A model generated the notes under the pieces. It was not told where the DNA came from. It worked only from the letters and a program-made list of their open reading frames with translations, and made no database searches. Source: an uncultured archaeon (GTDB taxonomy: Archaea > Hadarchaeota > Hadarchaeia > Hadarchaeales > Hadarchaeaceae). From it: a DNA stretch of 26,752 nt. Of this stretch, positions 1-8,722 are shown in pieces. Location of the stretch: positions 1 to 26,752 of the forward strand of contig CAKZTQ010000058.1 in assembly GCA_937921735.1 (NCBI GenBank). The letters run 5' to 3'. Within the stretch, counting starts at the first letter, position 1. The number at the start of each line of letters is the position of its first letter. The position numbers and the translations under genes were made by a program.

Positions 1-228
1 CGCCGTTTCTACCTCAAGAAGACCCTGCGGATGGAAAGCCTCCTTCCCGAGGTGAGGGCCCTGGCCGAGGAGGTTCTCCTGCACCTTTACAAGGAGGGCG
101 GTGTCCGGCTCGAGGTGGTCCTCGAGGCCCACGCCGAGGCTCCGGAGGGATTCCCCGAGGATCTGGAGCGGGTCCTCAAGGAGAACAGCCGGGTGCTCGG
201 GGCCGAGGCTTCCTTTGAGGAGGTCTGA
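1..228 (+). CDS. C-terminal end (partial, runs off the window) of a probable DUF499-family AAA+ ATPase, a family typical of DUF499/DUF1156/SNF2 defence-type loci
   Basis: Frame 1 is open from base 1: RRFYLKKTLRMESLLPEVRALAEEVLLHL...VRLEVVLEAHAEAPEGFPEDLERVLKENSRVLG...FEEV*. This resembles the C-terminal pattern I recall for DUF499 proteins (RFYG...IAEEV+xHL...V+LEIxAxxPxGF...VxENxRxL...FE). Confidence 0.6.
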   Translation, partial: RRFYLKKTLRMESLLPEVRALAEEVLLHLYKEGGVRLEVVLEAHAEAPEGFPEDLERVLKENSRVLGAEASFEEV

Positions 229-952
229 GGTACGGGGGCTGGAGTCTAGGCAGGAGGACGCGTTCTGGTGAGACTCCGTGATAAGAACTCCCCGTGGGTT
301 TTTCCCTTACCATGAGAACATCGCGCTGGCCATGCCCTCTTCCACGGATGGCCCGGGGGCGCTGGGGAACGGGATCTGGAGGATTTCTTATTCATTCGTG
401 TGCTACCTCAAAACTTGCACTTATGCGCCCTGGGGATACTCATGCGCCAGGACCACTTGAAAGAGGCCGCCAGTTTCCCGTCTGATGACGGGTGCCATGA
501 CCCAAGCAGCCCTATCCCTACTTTGGACCCTCCTGGCTGTTTTGCCAAGCCCCCACCTCCAGGAATCCTTCAAGGCTTTGCCCTTGCCCAAGATAGCCCC
601 TTGGGGCTGACCTTCCTCCACGGCCACGGCAAGGCTAGACCCCAGCGCAGCAAGACCAGGTCCCCCTCTGCCCTCTCCCGCTTCCTCAACCGCTTTTCCC
701 GCCTGCCACGCCCTGGACCCTGCTTGTGGTGGAGGAGGAGGCGGTTCACGTTAGAGGGCTTTTTCCCGGAGATGAAAGGGGGGAGGGAGCTGGTGGGAGG
801 CCAGGGAGCGGGCAACTCGGGTTCTCTTGCCCAAGCTCGTGGGGAGGGAAGTGGTGCCAAACGATAGAGCTGTGTGGGAAACCGGGGCATTATGGAAGGG
901 TTAACGGGTGCAATATTGCCCCTAGTCAATAGGGTTGATACTGTCTTGCCTG

Positions 953-1330
953 TCAAGCGGCCCCTTGGTGCGGCTGGGTCGCGTAGTACTCCCTGAGCCG
1001 CCCCATCATCCGCCCGAGGAGCTTGTGGGCCACGGCTAAAAGCGCCTGTTTTTTTCTCTTCCCTCGGGAGAGCAAACGGTGGTAGAAGGCCCGCATCTCT
1101 GGGTCATGGCGCACCGCCACCAGGGCCCCCATGTAGAGCTTTCACCGCAAGAGGGGAGGCCCTTTTCTGGAGAGCCGACTCCTCTCCACGCTCTTTCCCG
1201 ACGCTTCCCGCTCGGGGATCAGCCCCGTGTAGGAGGCTGCCGCCTTCGCCCGGCCCCAGAGGTGGGGCGGGAGGAGGGCCAGCACCGCTGCCGCCACCTG
1301 GGGTCCTACGTCGGGCAGGGCCATCAGGAC
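953..1330 (-). pseudogene. IS110-family recombinase (transposase) remnant: C-terminal Tnp domain only, with an in-frame stop
   Basis: Translates VLMALPDVGPQVAAAVLALLP...ASYTGLIPEREASGKSVERSRLSRKGPPLLR*KLYMGALVAVRHDPEMRAFYHRLLSRGKRKKQALLAVAHKLLGRMMGRLREYYATQPHQGAA*. It has the GLxPxxxxSG motif and the A+AHKL tail of IS110 enzymes. Internal TGA at 1142-1144; the N-terminal RuvC-like DEDD domain is absent. Confidence 0.9.
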
Positions 1331-1448
1331 GTGTGGATGCGGTCTTTCACGACCGGGATACTGTGCGGCGGGGAGGCCAGGGCGGGTGGCTACCCATCAA
1401 TCCCGCGGGCGTGGCGGCCCGGCAACCGGGGCGGTAGGGCCTCCCTCA
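1331..1448 (-). ncRNA. Putative IS110 bridge RNA, 3'-truncated
   Basis: Nested stems at 1371-1378/1438-1445, 1390-1394/1433-1437 and 1407-1410/1417-1420 enclose guide-like loops. A second loop carries ACAGTATC (1364-1357), identical to the element's own right end (944-937), next to a GGTC-gtgaaa-GACC hairpin. The layout matches the IS621 bridge RNA as I recall it. Ends are approximate. Confidence 0.7.
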
Positions 1449-1493
1449 GGGGGCAAGATACATGAACCCGGTTCATACTTTGTTTTCTCTTAC

Positions 1494-1522
1494 TTGACAA
1501 AGTTTAACAGCTTTACTAACCT
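1494..1522 (+). promoter_or_regulatory. Sigma70-type promoter for module 1
   Basis: TTGACA (1494-1499), 17-nt spacer, TAACCT (1517-1522), in an AT-rich patch; GGGGAGG ribosome-binding site upstream of ATG 1581. Confidence 0.75.
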
Positions 1523-1580
1523 TGAGCTAAGCTCCTCCGTTACTTGCTAAGCCCTTAGGCCAGGGGAGGTTGCTCTGAAG

Positions 1581-2159
1581 ATGTCGGGAGAAGAGCACTT
1601 ACTTTTAGAAGGCTTGGGCGCAAAGATTCGAAGCCGACGTCGGCAGCTGGGGTTGACGCTCAGGGAGCTGGGTAGGCGAGCGGGTCTTTCTGCAGCCTTT
1701 TTGTCCCTAGTTGAGCGAGGGCACGCCAAACCTGCTTTGTCCTCCCTTATAAGCCTGGCGCAAGCTCTGGAAGTCAGCCCTGAGTTTTTCCTAAGCACAG
1801 GGCTATCTCATGGAAAGGAGCTCGTGAGGAGATCTTCCGAGATCATTTACTTCCACCTTGATGGGCTCCCCGTGCGGTATGCGTTCCTCTCCTGTGAAAT
1901 CCCGGATAGAAAGCTGGATGTCGTACTAGTGGAGATTCCACCGGGCTACACTTCGGAGGTTTGGCAGCACCCTTATTTGGGCGAGGAGTTTATCTACGTC
2001 CTTTCCGGAAAAATCAAGGTTTTGTTAGGAAGTCGCACTTTTTGCCTTGGACCCGGTGATTCAGTTCATTTCCGCTCGGACATTAGGCATCGGTGGGCTA
2101 ATACGGAGTCCGATGTGGCGAGGGTTCTCTGGGTAGGTACTCCTCCATTCTGGAGGTAG
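1581..2159 (+). CDS. XRE-family HTH transcriptional regulator with C-terminal cupin sensor domain (PuuR/SutR-like)
   Basis: N-terminal LGAKIRSRRRQLGLTLRELGRRAGLSAAFLSLVERG HTH; cupin motifs H...GEEFIYVLSG and GDSVHFRSDIRHRWAN. Confidence 0.93.
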   Translation: MSGEEHLLLEGLGAKIRSRRRQLGLTLRELGRRAGLSAAFLSLVERGHAKPALSSLISLAQALEVSPEFFLSTGLSHGKELVRRSSEIIYFHLDGLPVRYAFLSCEIPDRKLDVVLVEIPPGYTSEVWQHPYLGEEFIYVLSGKIKVLLGSRTFCLGPGDSVHFRSDIRHRWANTESDVARVLWVGTPPFWR

Positions 2160-2163
2160 ATAT

Positions 2164-2520
2164 ATGGAGAAACTGGCGTTGGCCTGGCCGGATCCGGAAG
2201 GTGTAAAAGAGCTCGGGACATTTCTCCTGCCTTCCGGGGAGCGTGTGATACTGGGTACAGCAAGGTTTCCTCAAGGCCGCCTCATACCCGAGCGCGGGTT
2301 TTCTCTTCACCAGGGCAGCGAGCTGTCATTGCTTCTTGAGGGTTCCTTGGAGGTGGAGGTGGAGGGGCGAGAGACTGGTGACATCATTCGGGCTGGTGAG
2401 GTGACATTTATCCCGGCTGGTGTGCCGCATAGGGCCAAGGTGCTTCAACCCACGCTATTGGTTTGGGTTTGGATTGAGACAGGGAGGGAAGAGGATGGGC
2501 AGGCGGATATTGTGGATTAA
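2164..2520 (+). CDS. Small cupin-domain protein
   Basis: 118 aa with HQGSELSLLLEGSL and GEVTFIPAGVPHRA cupin motifs; tightly coupled to both neighbours. Confidence 0.85.
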   Translation: MEKLALAWPDPEGVKELGTFLLPSGERVILGTARFPQGRLIPERGFSLHQGSELSLLLEGSLEVEVEGRETGDIIRAGEVTFIPAGVPHRAKVLQPTLLVWVWIETGREEDGQADIVD

Positions 2521-3307
2521 TCCGGTCGGCACGGACGTTTTTGATAGGGAAATGCAAGCGCTTTTCGAAGCGGAAAAGCTTCCCGACACGCAAGTAGAGG
2601 TGCGCTCGCTGCAGCGGGGTCCGCATCATCTCGAGTACCACTACTACGGCGCTTTGGTTCTGCCGGATGTGTTACACATGCTTGTCGAGGCCGAGCGTGA
2701 GGGCTTCGATGCCGCGGTGGTGGGTTGCTTTTACGACCCGGGAGTAAAGGAAGCTCGGGAGGTTGTCCGTTCTCTTCCTGTGATTTTCCCTGCCGAGGCC
2801 TGCCTTTACCTGGCAGCTACCATGGGGGACAAGTTTTCCATACTCGTAGGGAGGCGGAAGTGGATCCCCGCGATGCGGGAGAATGTGGAACGCTATGGGT
2901 TGATCCACAAATTGGCTTCCTTCAAAGAGTTGTGCATGGGAGTTCACGACTTCCAAAAAGATCCTGAAGAAACGCGACGGCGGATGATCCGTTTGGGGCG
3001 AGAAGCCATCGAGCTTGATGGAGCTGAGGTATTGATCCTCGGTTGCACCATTGAGTTTGGCTTTTTCCGAGACTTGCAAGAAGAGTTGGGTGTTCCCGTC
3101 TTGGACGCCACGGTTACCCCACTAAAGGTGGCGGAGTTGCGTGCTGAGCTAAAGCAGAGGTACGGTTGGGGCGCAAGCAAGCGTGGAGGGTACGAGACCC
3201 CGCCGCTGCACGAGATGGAAGCCTGGGGTTTGGGGGGGCAGTATCCCGGATTAGCACGTGCATGGGGAATTTCCGATGTGGGGGTTGGGGAGAAGGCGAG
3301 GAGGTGA
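2495..3307 (+). CDS. Asp/Glu/hydantoin racemase family protein (hydantoin/allantoin racemase-like)
   Basis: Starts MGRRILWINPV; two catalytic-Cys motifs, GCFYDPG and ILGCT. Start moved to ATG 2495, downstream of a purine-rich GGGAGGGAAGAGG stretch. Confidence 0.9.
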   Translation: MGRRILWINPVGTDVFDREMQALFEAEKLPDTQVEVRSLQRGPHHLEYHYYGALVLPDVLHMLVEAEREGFDAAVVGCFYDPGVKEAREVVRSLPVIFPAEACLYLAATMGDKFSILVGRRKWIPAMRENVERYGLIHKLASFKELCMGVHDFQKDPEETRRRMIRLGREAIELDGAEVLILGCTIEFGFFRDLQEELGVPVLDATVTPLKVAELRAELKQRYGWGASKRGGYETPPLHEMEAWGLGGQYPGLARAWGISDVGVGEKARR

Positions 3308-3311
3308 AGCC

Positions 3312-4904
3312 ATGAGGTTGTGGAAGCTTGGGATGGCCTTGGTCTTCATCGGTGTATTATCCCTGGCGTTGGGGCAGGAAAAGATTTTGCGGTTGGATGA
3401 GGTGGCTGTTGGGGAGCTGGATCCCGCCAAGGCCACAGATTATGCGGATTCCATTCTGATGTTCAACGTTTACGATACGTTGGTCTGGCCGGATGCCCGT
3501 GGCAAGCTTCAACCCCACCTGGCCCAGCGCTGGACGGTTTCACAGGACGGGCTCACCTATACCTTCAACCTCAGGCCCGGGGTGCGGTTTCACGACGGAG
3601 CCGAGGTGACGGCTCAGGATGTCGTCTTCTCTCTGAACCGCATGGTGGCCATCAACCAAGGATACGCTTATTTGTTCCGAGGCTGGGTCAAGGAAGCCCG
3701 AGCGATCGATCGGTATACCGTTCGGTTTACCCTTTCTGAACCATATGCGCCGTTCCTGGCAACCCTGGTCCGGCTTCCCATAATCAATAGGAACTTGGTT
3801 TTGAAGAACCTGAGGCCGGGGCCTTTCGGAGAGTTCGGGGATTACGGGCAGGCCTTCCTCTCACGGGCAGACGCGGGTTCCGGAGCCTACCGGATTGCGT
3901 CGCATGACCCACAAGCGTTGACTGTAATGGCGAAGTATCCGGCCTACTTCCTCGGCTTTGCCCAAGGAGCTCCCGACCTCGTGCGGTTGCGCTATTCTCT
4001 GGAGCCTGCCACTGTGCGCACATTAATGGTGCGGCGGGAGCACGAGGTGACAAGCCAGTGGCTTCCTCCCGAGATTTACAGGGCCTTGGCCCAGCAGGGC
4101 CTGGATCTGGTTACCGAAGGAGGCAATTCCATCTTCTTCTTGAAGTTGAACAACAAACGGCCGCCCACGGATGACGTTCATTTCCGGAAAGCGATGGCCT
4201 TAGCCTTTGATTACGACGCCCTTCTCGATATCTTAAGGGTTACCGATAGGGTGCGCATGGGTAAAAAGGCTAGGGGGCCTCTTCCCGAGGGATTCCCTGG
4301 GTTTGATGCCGCCCTGCCCCTACCAAAGCGGGACCTAGCTGCGGCCAAGGCGGAGCTTGCCAAATCCAAGTATGACCCGCGGAGCATGCGGGTAGAGATC
4401 GCCTGGGTGGCGGAGGTGCCCTTGGAGGAAAAGATCGCCCTTCTTTTCCAGCAGAACATGGCTGAGCTCGGCATCCAGGTTGATGTCGTTAAGGTTCCTT
4501 GGGCCTTGATGACTGAGCGGGCGACCAAACCTGAAACCACACCTCATGTGACCAGCGTTTACGTTTCCGCTACTTTCCCAGATCCTGACTCCCTTCTTTA
4601 CAGCATGTACCACTCTAAAGCGGCGGGTACTTGGCTCTCCATGTCTTGGCTTCAGGACAAGCGGGTAGACGAGTTGCTGGATCTGGGGCGTAGAACGGTT
4701 GACGAAGCTCGTAGACGCGAGATTTACGTCCAGCTGCAACGGTACCTTGTGAAAAATCAGGTGGATATCTATGGCTATGAGCAGCTTGCCGTTTTCGCCA
4801 AGCAGCCGTATGTCTCCATTCCCACACTGGAGAGCCCTGAGAAGCAGGTAGCCGGTGTTATGGCCGGAAACTGGCTTTTCAGGCTAATGGAGGTACGTCG
4901 CTAG
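3312..4904 (+). CDS. Dpp/Opp-type ABC transporter substrate-binding protein (family 5)
   Basis: Signal peptide MRLWKLGMALVFIGVLSLALG-Q with no lipobox Cys; family-5 signature LAQRWTVSQDGLTYTFNLRPGVRFHDG; GAGGTG ribosome-binding site before ATG 3312. Confidence 0.93.
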   Translation: MRLWKLGMALVFIGVLSLALGQEKILRLDEVAVGELDPAKATDYADSILMFNVYDTLVWPDARGKLQPHLAQRWTVSQDGLTYTFNLRPGVRFHDGAEVTAQDVVFSLNRMVAINQGYAYLFRGWVKEARAIDRYTVRFTLSEPYAPFLATLVRLPIINRNLVLKNLRPGPFGEFGDYGQAFLSRADAGSGAYRIASHDPQALTVMAKYPAYFLGFAQGAPDLVRLRYSLEPATVRTLMVRREHEVTSQWLPPEIYRALAQQGLDLVTEGGNSIFFLKLNNKRPPTDDVHFRKAMALAFDYDALLDILRVTDRVRMGKKARGPLPEGFPGFDAALPLPKRDLAAAKAELAKSKYDPRSMRVEIAWVAEVPLEEKIALLFQQNMAELGIQVDVVKVPWALMTERATKPETTPHVTSVYVSATFPDPDSLLYSMYHSKAAGTWLSMSWLQDKRVDELLDLGRRTVDEARRREIYVQLQRYLVKNQVDIYGYEQLAVFAKQPYVSIPTLESPEKQVAGVMAGNWLFRLMEVRR

Positions 4905-4917
4905 GGGAGGAAGAGGG

Positions 4918-5940
4918 ATGGGGCGGGCACTTTTCCGGAGGTTGGTTTGGTCCCTAGGGGTTCTTTTTGGTGTTTCGCTCCTGATCTTTGTCCTCGCGCG
5001 CGTCATTCCAGGGGATCCGGCTAGGATTGCTTTGGGACCGATGGCCACCGAGGAGCAGGTGGAAGCACTGCGGCGTGCGCTCTACCTTGACCGCCCCCTC
5101 CCTCTACAATACGTGGAATTTCTGCGCCGGGTTGTCCGAGGGGATCTTGGATTTTCGACCTATACCAAACGCCCTGTAGTGGAAGATCTACGTGAATATC
5201 TTCCGGCTACTCTAGAGCTTGTCTTTGTGAGTGGCTTTATCATGGTTGCTCTGGGCCTTCCATTAGGAATTGTAGCCGCCCATTTTAGAGACCGTTGGCC
5301 GGACGCGTTGGCCCGCGTGCTGGCTCTTTTGGGGGTGGTGACACCGAGCTTTGTTTGGGCCATATTTCTCGTTTTAATTTTCAGTTACGCCTTGGGTTGG
5401 CTGCCGGTGATGGGTCGCCTTTCGGAGGGGCTTTCCCCTCCTCCTCGGGTTACGGGTTTTTTGACAATAGATGCCGTGCTAGCACGTGACTGGGTGGTTT
5501 TCGTAGACGCTTTGCGGCATCTTGCCCTTCCTGCTTTGGCCTTATCGCTCTCGGGCTTAGGGCAAGCGGCACGTTTGGCTCGGACCAATCTTCTTGAAAC
5601 CTTTGCCAAGCCCTATATCGAGCTGGCGCGGGCTTACGGGCTATCTCCGTTCGCTATAGCTCTTAAGTATGCCCTTCGCCCCGCTATGGCCCCGACCCTC
5701 ACCATAATGGGCCTTGACTTTGCGGCCATGCTTGGATCGGCCTTCTTGGTGGAGGCGGTTTTCAACTGGCCGGGCCTTGCCCGGTATATGGTTCAAGCAA
5801 CGCTATACAAAGATCTAAATGCCATTGTAGGCACGGCACTGGTTGTGGCCGCCTTCTTCTTGGCCGTCAATCTACTGGTCGACCTAGTAGTTGTTTGGCT
5901 TAACCCAAGGTTGCGAATTCAGGAAAGAGAGGGGATTTAG
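4918..5940 (+). CDS. Dpp/Opp ABC permease (DppB-like)
   Basis: PGDPA, GDLGFS and PATLEL motifs; EAA loop YIELARAYGL; FNWPGL. Confidence 0.93.
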   Translation: MGRALFRRLVWSLGVLFGVSLLIFVLARVIPGDPARIALGPMATEEQVEALRRALYLDRPLPLQYVEFLRRVVRGDLGFSTYTKRPVVEDLREYLPATLELVFVSGFIMVALGLPLGIVAAHFRDRWPDALARVLALLGVVTPSFVWAIFLVLIFSYALGWLPVMGRLSEGLSPPPRVTGFLTIDAVLARDWVVFVDALRHLALPALALSLSGLGQAARLARTNLLETFAKPYIELARAYGLSPFAIALKYALRPAMAPTLTIMGLDFAAMLGSAFLVEAVFNWPGLARYMVQATLYKDLNAIVGTALVVAAFFLAVNLLVDLVVVWLNPRLRIQEREGI

Positions 5941-5944
5941 GAGG

Positions 5945-6790
5945 ATGCGAAGGGAATCGCTGCGGCGCTTTTGGTATCACTTTGGCCGGAATCCCTTGTC
6001 CCTTTTGGGACTAAGCATAGTGACCTTGGTGGTTGTTGGGGCGCTGGGAGCTCCGTGGATCGCTCCTTATCCGGAGCATGCGGGCCGATTTGTGAATTTT
6101 GCGGAAGCAGGCCAGCCACCTAGCCTCCACCACTTGCTGGGCACTGATACTTTTGGCAGGGACCTCTTTAGTCGTATTCTCTTTGGTTATCGTATTTCCT
6201 TGGCGCTGGGGGTTGTAGTTCTCGGTATAGCTGTGCCGTTAGGAGTAACCCTTGGGCTTTGGGCGGGCTATATCGGCGGGGGGATCGCAACTTGGATAAT
6301 GCGCCTCTCGGATGTGTTCGTGGCAATTCCTCCTCTGGTGCTGGCTATGGCGGTATTGGGTGTGGCCGAGCCCAGCCTGACCAATGCGATGATGGCGCTT
6401 ACCCTGATGTGGTGGCCGTGGTACACAAGGATGATCTACAACCAGGTTCGTTCCTTGCGTTTAGAGGGCTATGTGGTTGCTGCCCAAATCATCGGGGCGT
6501 CGGCCACCCACATTATGTTTCGTGAGATCCTGCCCAATACCCTTCCGAACATCTTGACCAAGGCTGCCTTGGACATGGGATTTGTAATCCTGATTGGAGC
6601 TAGCCTCTCCTTCCTAGGGTTGGGGGTCCAACCCCCTACCCCCGATCTGGGAACCATGGTGGCCGAGGGTGCTCGCTATCTGCCGGATCTGTGGTGGTTG
6701 GCGGTCTTCCCCGGATTGGCGATCCTCTTTGTGGTACTAGGTTTTAACCTCCTGGCAGATGGCCTTCGCGATGCCTTGGGGGAGGGGTGA
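5945..6790 (+). CDS. Dpp/Opp ABC permease (DppC-like)
   Basis: HLLGTDTFGRDLFSRI, EAA loop YVVAAQIIGAS, LSFLGLG and FNLLADGLRD motifs. Confidence 0.93.
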   Translation: MRRESLRRFWYHFGRNPLSLLGLSIVTLVVVGALGAPWIAPYPEHAGRFVNFAEAGQPPSLHHLLGTDTFGRDLFSRILFGYRISLALGVVVLGIAVPLGVTLGLWAGYIGGGIATWIMRLSDVFVAIPPLVLAMAVLGVAEPSLTNAMMALTLMWWPWYTRMIYNQVRSLRLEGYVVAAQIIGASATHIMFREILPNTLPNILTKAALDMGFVILIGASLSFLGLGVQPPTPDLGTMVAEGARYLPDLWWLAVFPGLAILFVVLGFNLLADGLRDALGEG

Positions 6791-7761
6791 TCGCCGTGTC
6801 TTTGCTCGAGGTGAAACAACTGAATTTGAGCCTCAGGACCCATACGGGGTTGGCTCACATTCTCAAAGACGTAAGCCTCAGGGTAGAGGCCGGAGAGCGT
6901 GTAGCCCTGGTCGGTGAAACCGGTTGTGGCAAATCGCTTACCCTGAAGGCCATTCTTGGACTTCTGGAGGGTAAAGGGTTGGTAGTTTCCGGAAAAGTTC
7001 TATTTGAAGGCGAGGAAATCTTGGGCACACCGCGAATTTTGCGGCTTCGCGGAGTGCAGATAGGCTTCATTCCGCAGGATCCCGCAGCCTCGTTAAACCC
7101 CACGTTTTCTATTGCGGACCAGCTGCTCGCGGTGGTCCGACGAGTCCGAAGGAACCTCCCCAAGGAGAAAGCGTGGGCGTTAATCAAGGAGGCTCTTGTA
7201 GAAGTAGCTGTGCCTGACCCGGATCGTGTCTTGGCTTCCTATCCCTTTCAGCTTTCCGGGGGCCTTTGCCAGCGGGTCCTTATAGCCACGGCCCTGGTAA
7301 ACCGCCCCAAGCTCGTATTAGCCGACGAACCAGGTACTGCTCTAGATGTTACGGTGCAGGCACAGACATTACGCGCCATGCGGCATCTGACAGAAAAAAG
7401 CGGATCTTCTGTAATCCTGGTTACACACAACCTGGGTGTGGTTCGGGAGTTTGCCGACAGGGTTTACGTGATGTATGCCGGTACAATAGTAGAGCACGGT
7501 CCTGTCAAAAGCGTTTTTCAGACACCTCGACACCCCTATACCCGAGCTTTGCTCGACTCGGTTCCCCGGCTTACAGGAGGTGGCCTGCCCCAAGGACTAG
7601 ACGGCCACATCCCCGACTACACGTCTCCTCCCAAGGGGTGTCGCTTCCGTCCTCGTTGTGCCTTTGCCCGTCCGGAATGTGCGGAGGAGCAGCCTTTGCG
7701 GCAGGTGGCAGAAGGGCACGAGGTGGCGTGTGTCCTTTATGCGGAGGTGCCCCGTGGCTGA
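6787..7761 (+). CDS. Dpp/Opp ABC ATP-binding protein (DppD-like)
   Basis: Walker A GETGCGKS, LSGG signature, ADEP Walker B, HPYT, and Cys-rich C-terminus GCRFRPRC. Confidence 0.93.
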   Translation: MIAVSLLEVKQLNLSLRTHTGLAHILKDVSLRVEAGERVALVGETGCGKSLTLKAILGLLEGKGLVVSGKVLFEGEEILGTPRILRLRGVQIGFIPQDPAASLNPTFSIADQLLAVVRRVRRNLPKEKAWALIKEALVEVAVPDPDRVLASYPFQLSGGLCQRVLIATALVNRPKLVLADEPGTALDVTVQAQTLRAMRHLTEKSGSSVILVTHNLGVVREFADRVYVMYAGTIVEHGPVKSVFQTPRHPYTRALLDSVPRLTGGGLPQGLDGHIPDYTSPPKGCRFRPRCAFARPECAEEQPLRQVAEGHEVACVLYAEVPRG

Positions 7762-8722
7762 CATCCTTTTAGAGGTTCGGGATCTCACCAAGGAGTTTGC
7801 TGTGGGAAGAAAGCGCGTCCGGGCGCTGAATGGAGTTTCCCTTGGCTTGGAGGAAGGGGAGATCCTAGCTGTTGTAGGGGAGAGCGGTTCAGGGAAGACA
7901 ACTCTAGCCAATTTGGTTTTAGGTATTGAGATGCCGACCTACGGGGATATCCTCTATCGCGGCACACCCTTAAAAACTCCTCGACCGTTGCATATGCGGC
8001 GCCGCCTTCAGTACGTCCAGCAAAATCCGTGGACTACGCTTAATCCTCGACGTACCGTCTTTCAGAGTGTGGCGCTCCCCTTAGCGGTTCACAAGTTGAC
8101 CCCTCCAAGGTTGTGGAGGGAGCGGGTGGCCGAGCTTTTACACCTTGTGGGCCTCGGACCTGAGTTCCTCGACCGCTACCCTCATGCCCTTTCCGGCGGC
8201 CAACGGCAGCGGGTGGCGATTGCACGTGCTTTGGCGGCCCAGCCTGAAATGGTAATATTGGACGAGCCTACAAGCGCTTTGGACGTGAGCGTTCAGGCGA
8301 GAGTGTTGGGTCTGTTACTGGAGATTCAGGCACGTTTTTCCTTAAGCTATCTTTTCATTAGCCATGATCTGGCTGTAGTACGTAATTTCGCGCGTAGAAT
8401 ATTGGTTCTTTACCGTGGTCAAGTCATGGAAACAGGGCCTACGGAGGTGGTGTTCCGGAATCCTGTGCATCCGTATACCCGCCTTCTTTTGGCTTCGGTG
8501 CCAGTAGTCTCTGAAGAGGAGGCTGCTCTTCGCCCATCCTGGCCCTGGGATGCCCAAGACCGGTTGGGACCTGGGGAAGGGTGTCCCTTCTCTTCCCGTT
8601 GTCCCTGGGCGCAAGAGCTCTGCTGGCGCGAACGGCCTTCCCTTGTGCCAATACAGAAGTCTCACTTGGTGGCATGCCACTTTGCCGAACTGTTTGTCGA
8701 GGAGGTTTCCCACCATGGATAG
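7754..8722 (+). CDS. Dpp/Opp ABC ATP-binding protein (DppF-like)
   Basis: GTG start at 7754 after GGAGG; [33 protein letters not shown]. Confidence 0.93.
   Translation: MADILLEVRDLTKEFAVGRKRVRALNGVSLGLEEGEILAVVGESGSGKTTLANLVLGIEMPTYGDILYRGTPLKTPRPLHMRRRLQYVQQNPWTTLNPRRTVFQSVALPLAVHKLTPPRLWRERVAELLHLVGLGPEFLDRYPHALSGGQRQRVAIARALAAQPEMVILDEPTSALDVSVQARVLGLLLEIQARFSLSYLFISHDLAVVRNFARRILVLYRGQVMETGPTEVVFRNPVHPYTRLLLASVPVVSEEEAALRPSWPWDAQDRLGPGEGCPFSSRCPWAQELCWRERPSLVPIQKSHLVACHFAELFVEEVSHHG

Larger units (their letters stand above)
936..1464 (-). mobile_element. IS110-family (IS621/IS1000-like) insertion sequence, internally deleted, both ends retained
   Basis: On the minus strand the right end reads ...TTGACAggcaagACAGTAT-CA (core at 937-936) and the left end reads CA-TGTATCTT (core at 1464-1463). 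There are no terminal inverted repeats. It contains a structured non-coding region and the C-terminal part of an IS110 recombinase. Confidence 0.85.

Noticed and set aside
229-905. Short ORFs (278-460, 294-485, 400-867, 421-627, 570-956, 726-932); possibly a decayed IS4-like transposase on the minus strand
   Set aside because: No recognisable motifs, ribosome-binding sites or matching terminal repeats. It may be pseudogene debris; BLASTX would be needed.
1079-1465. 128-aa plus-strand ORF
   Set aside because: Antisense to the IS110 recombinase remnant and the bridge-RNA region.
6787-8722. Cys-rich C-termini of the ABC ATPases
   Set aside because: A standard feature of DppD/DppF-type ATPases.
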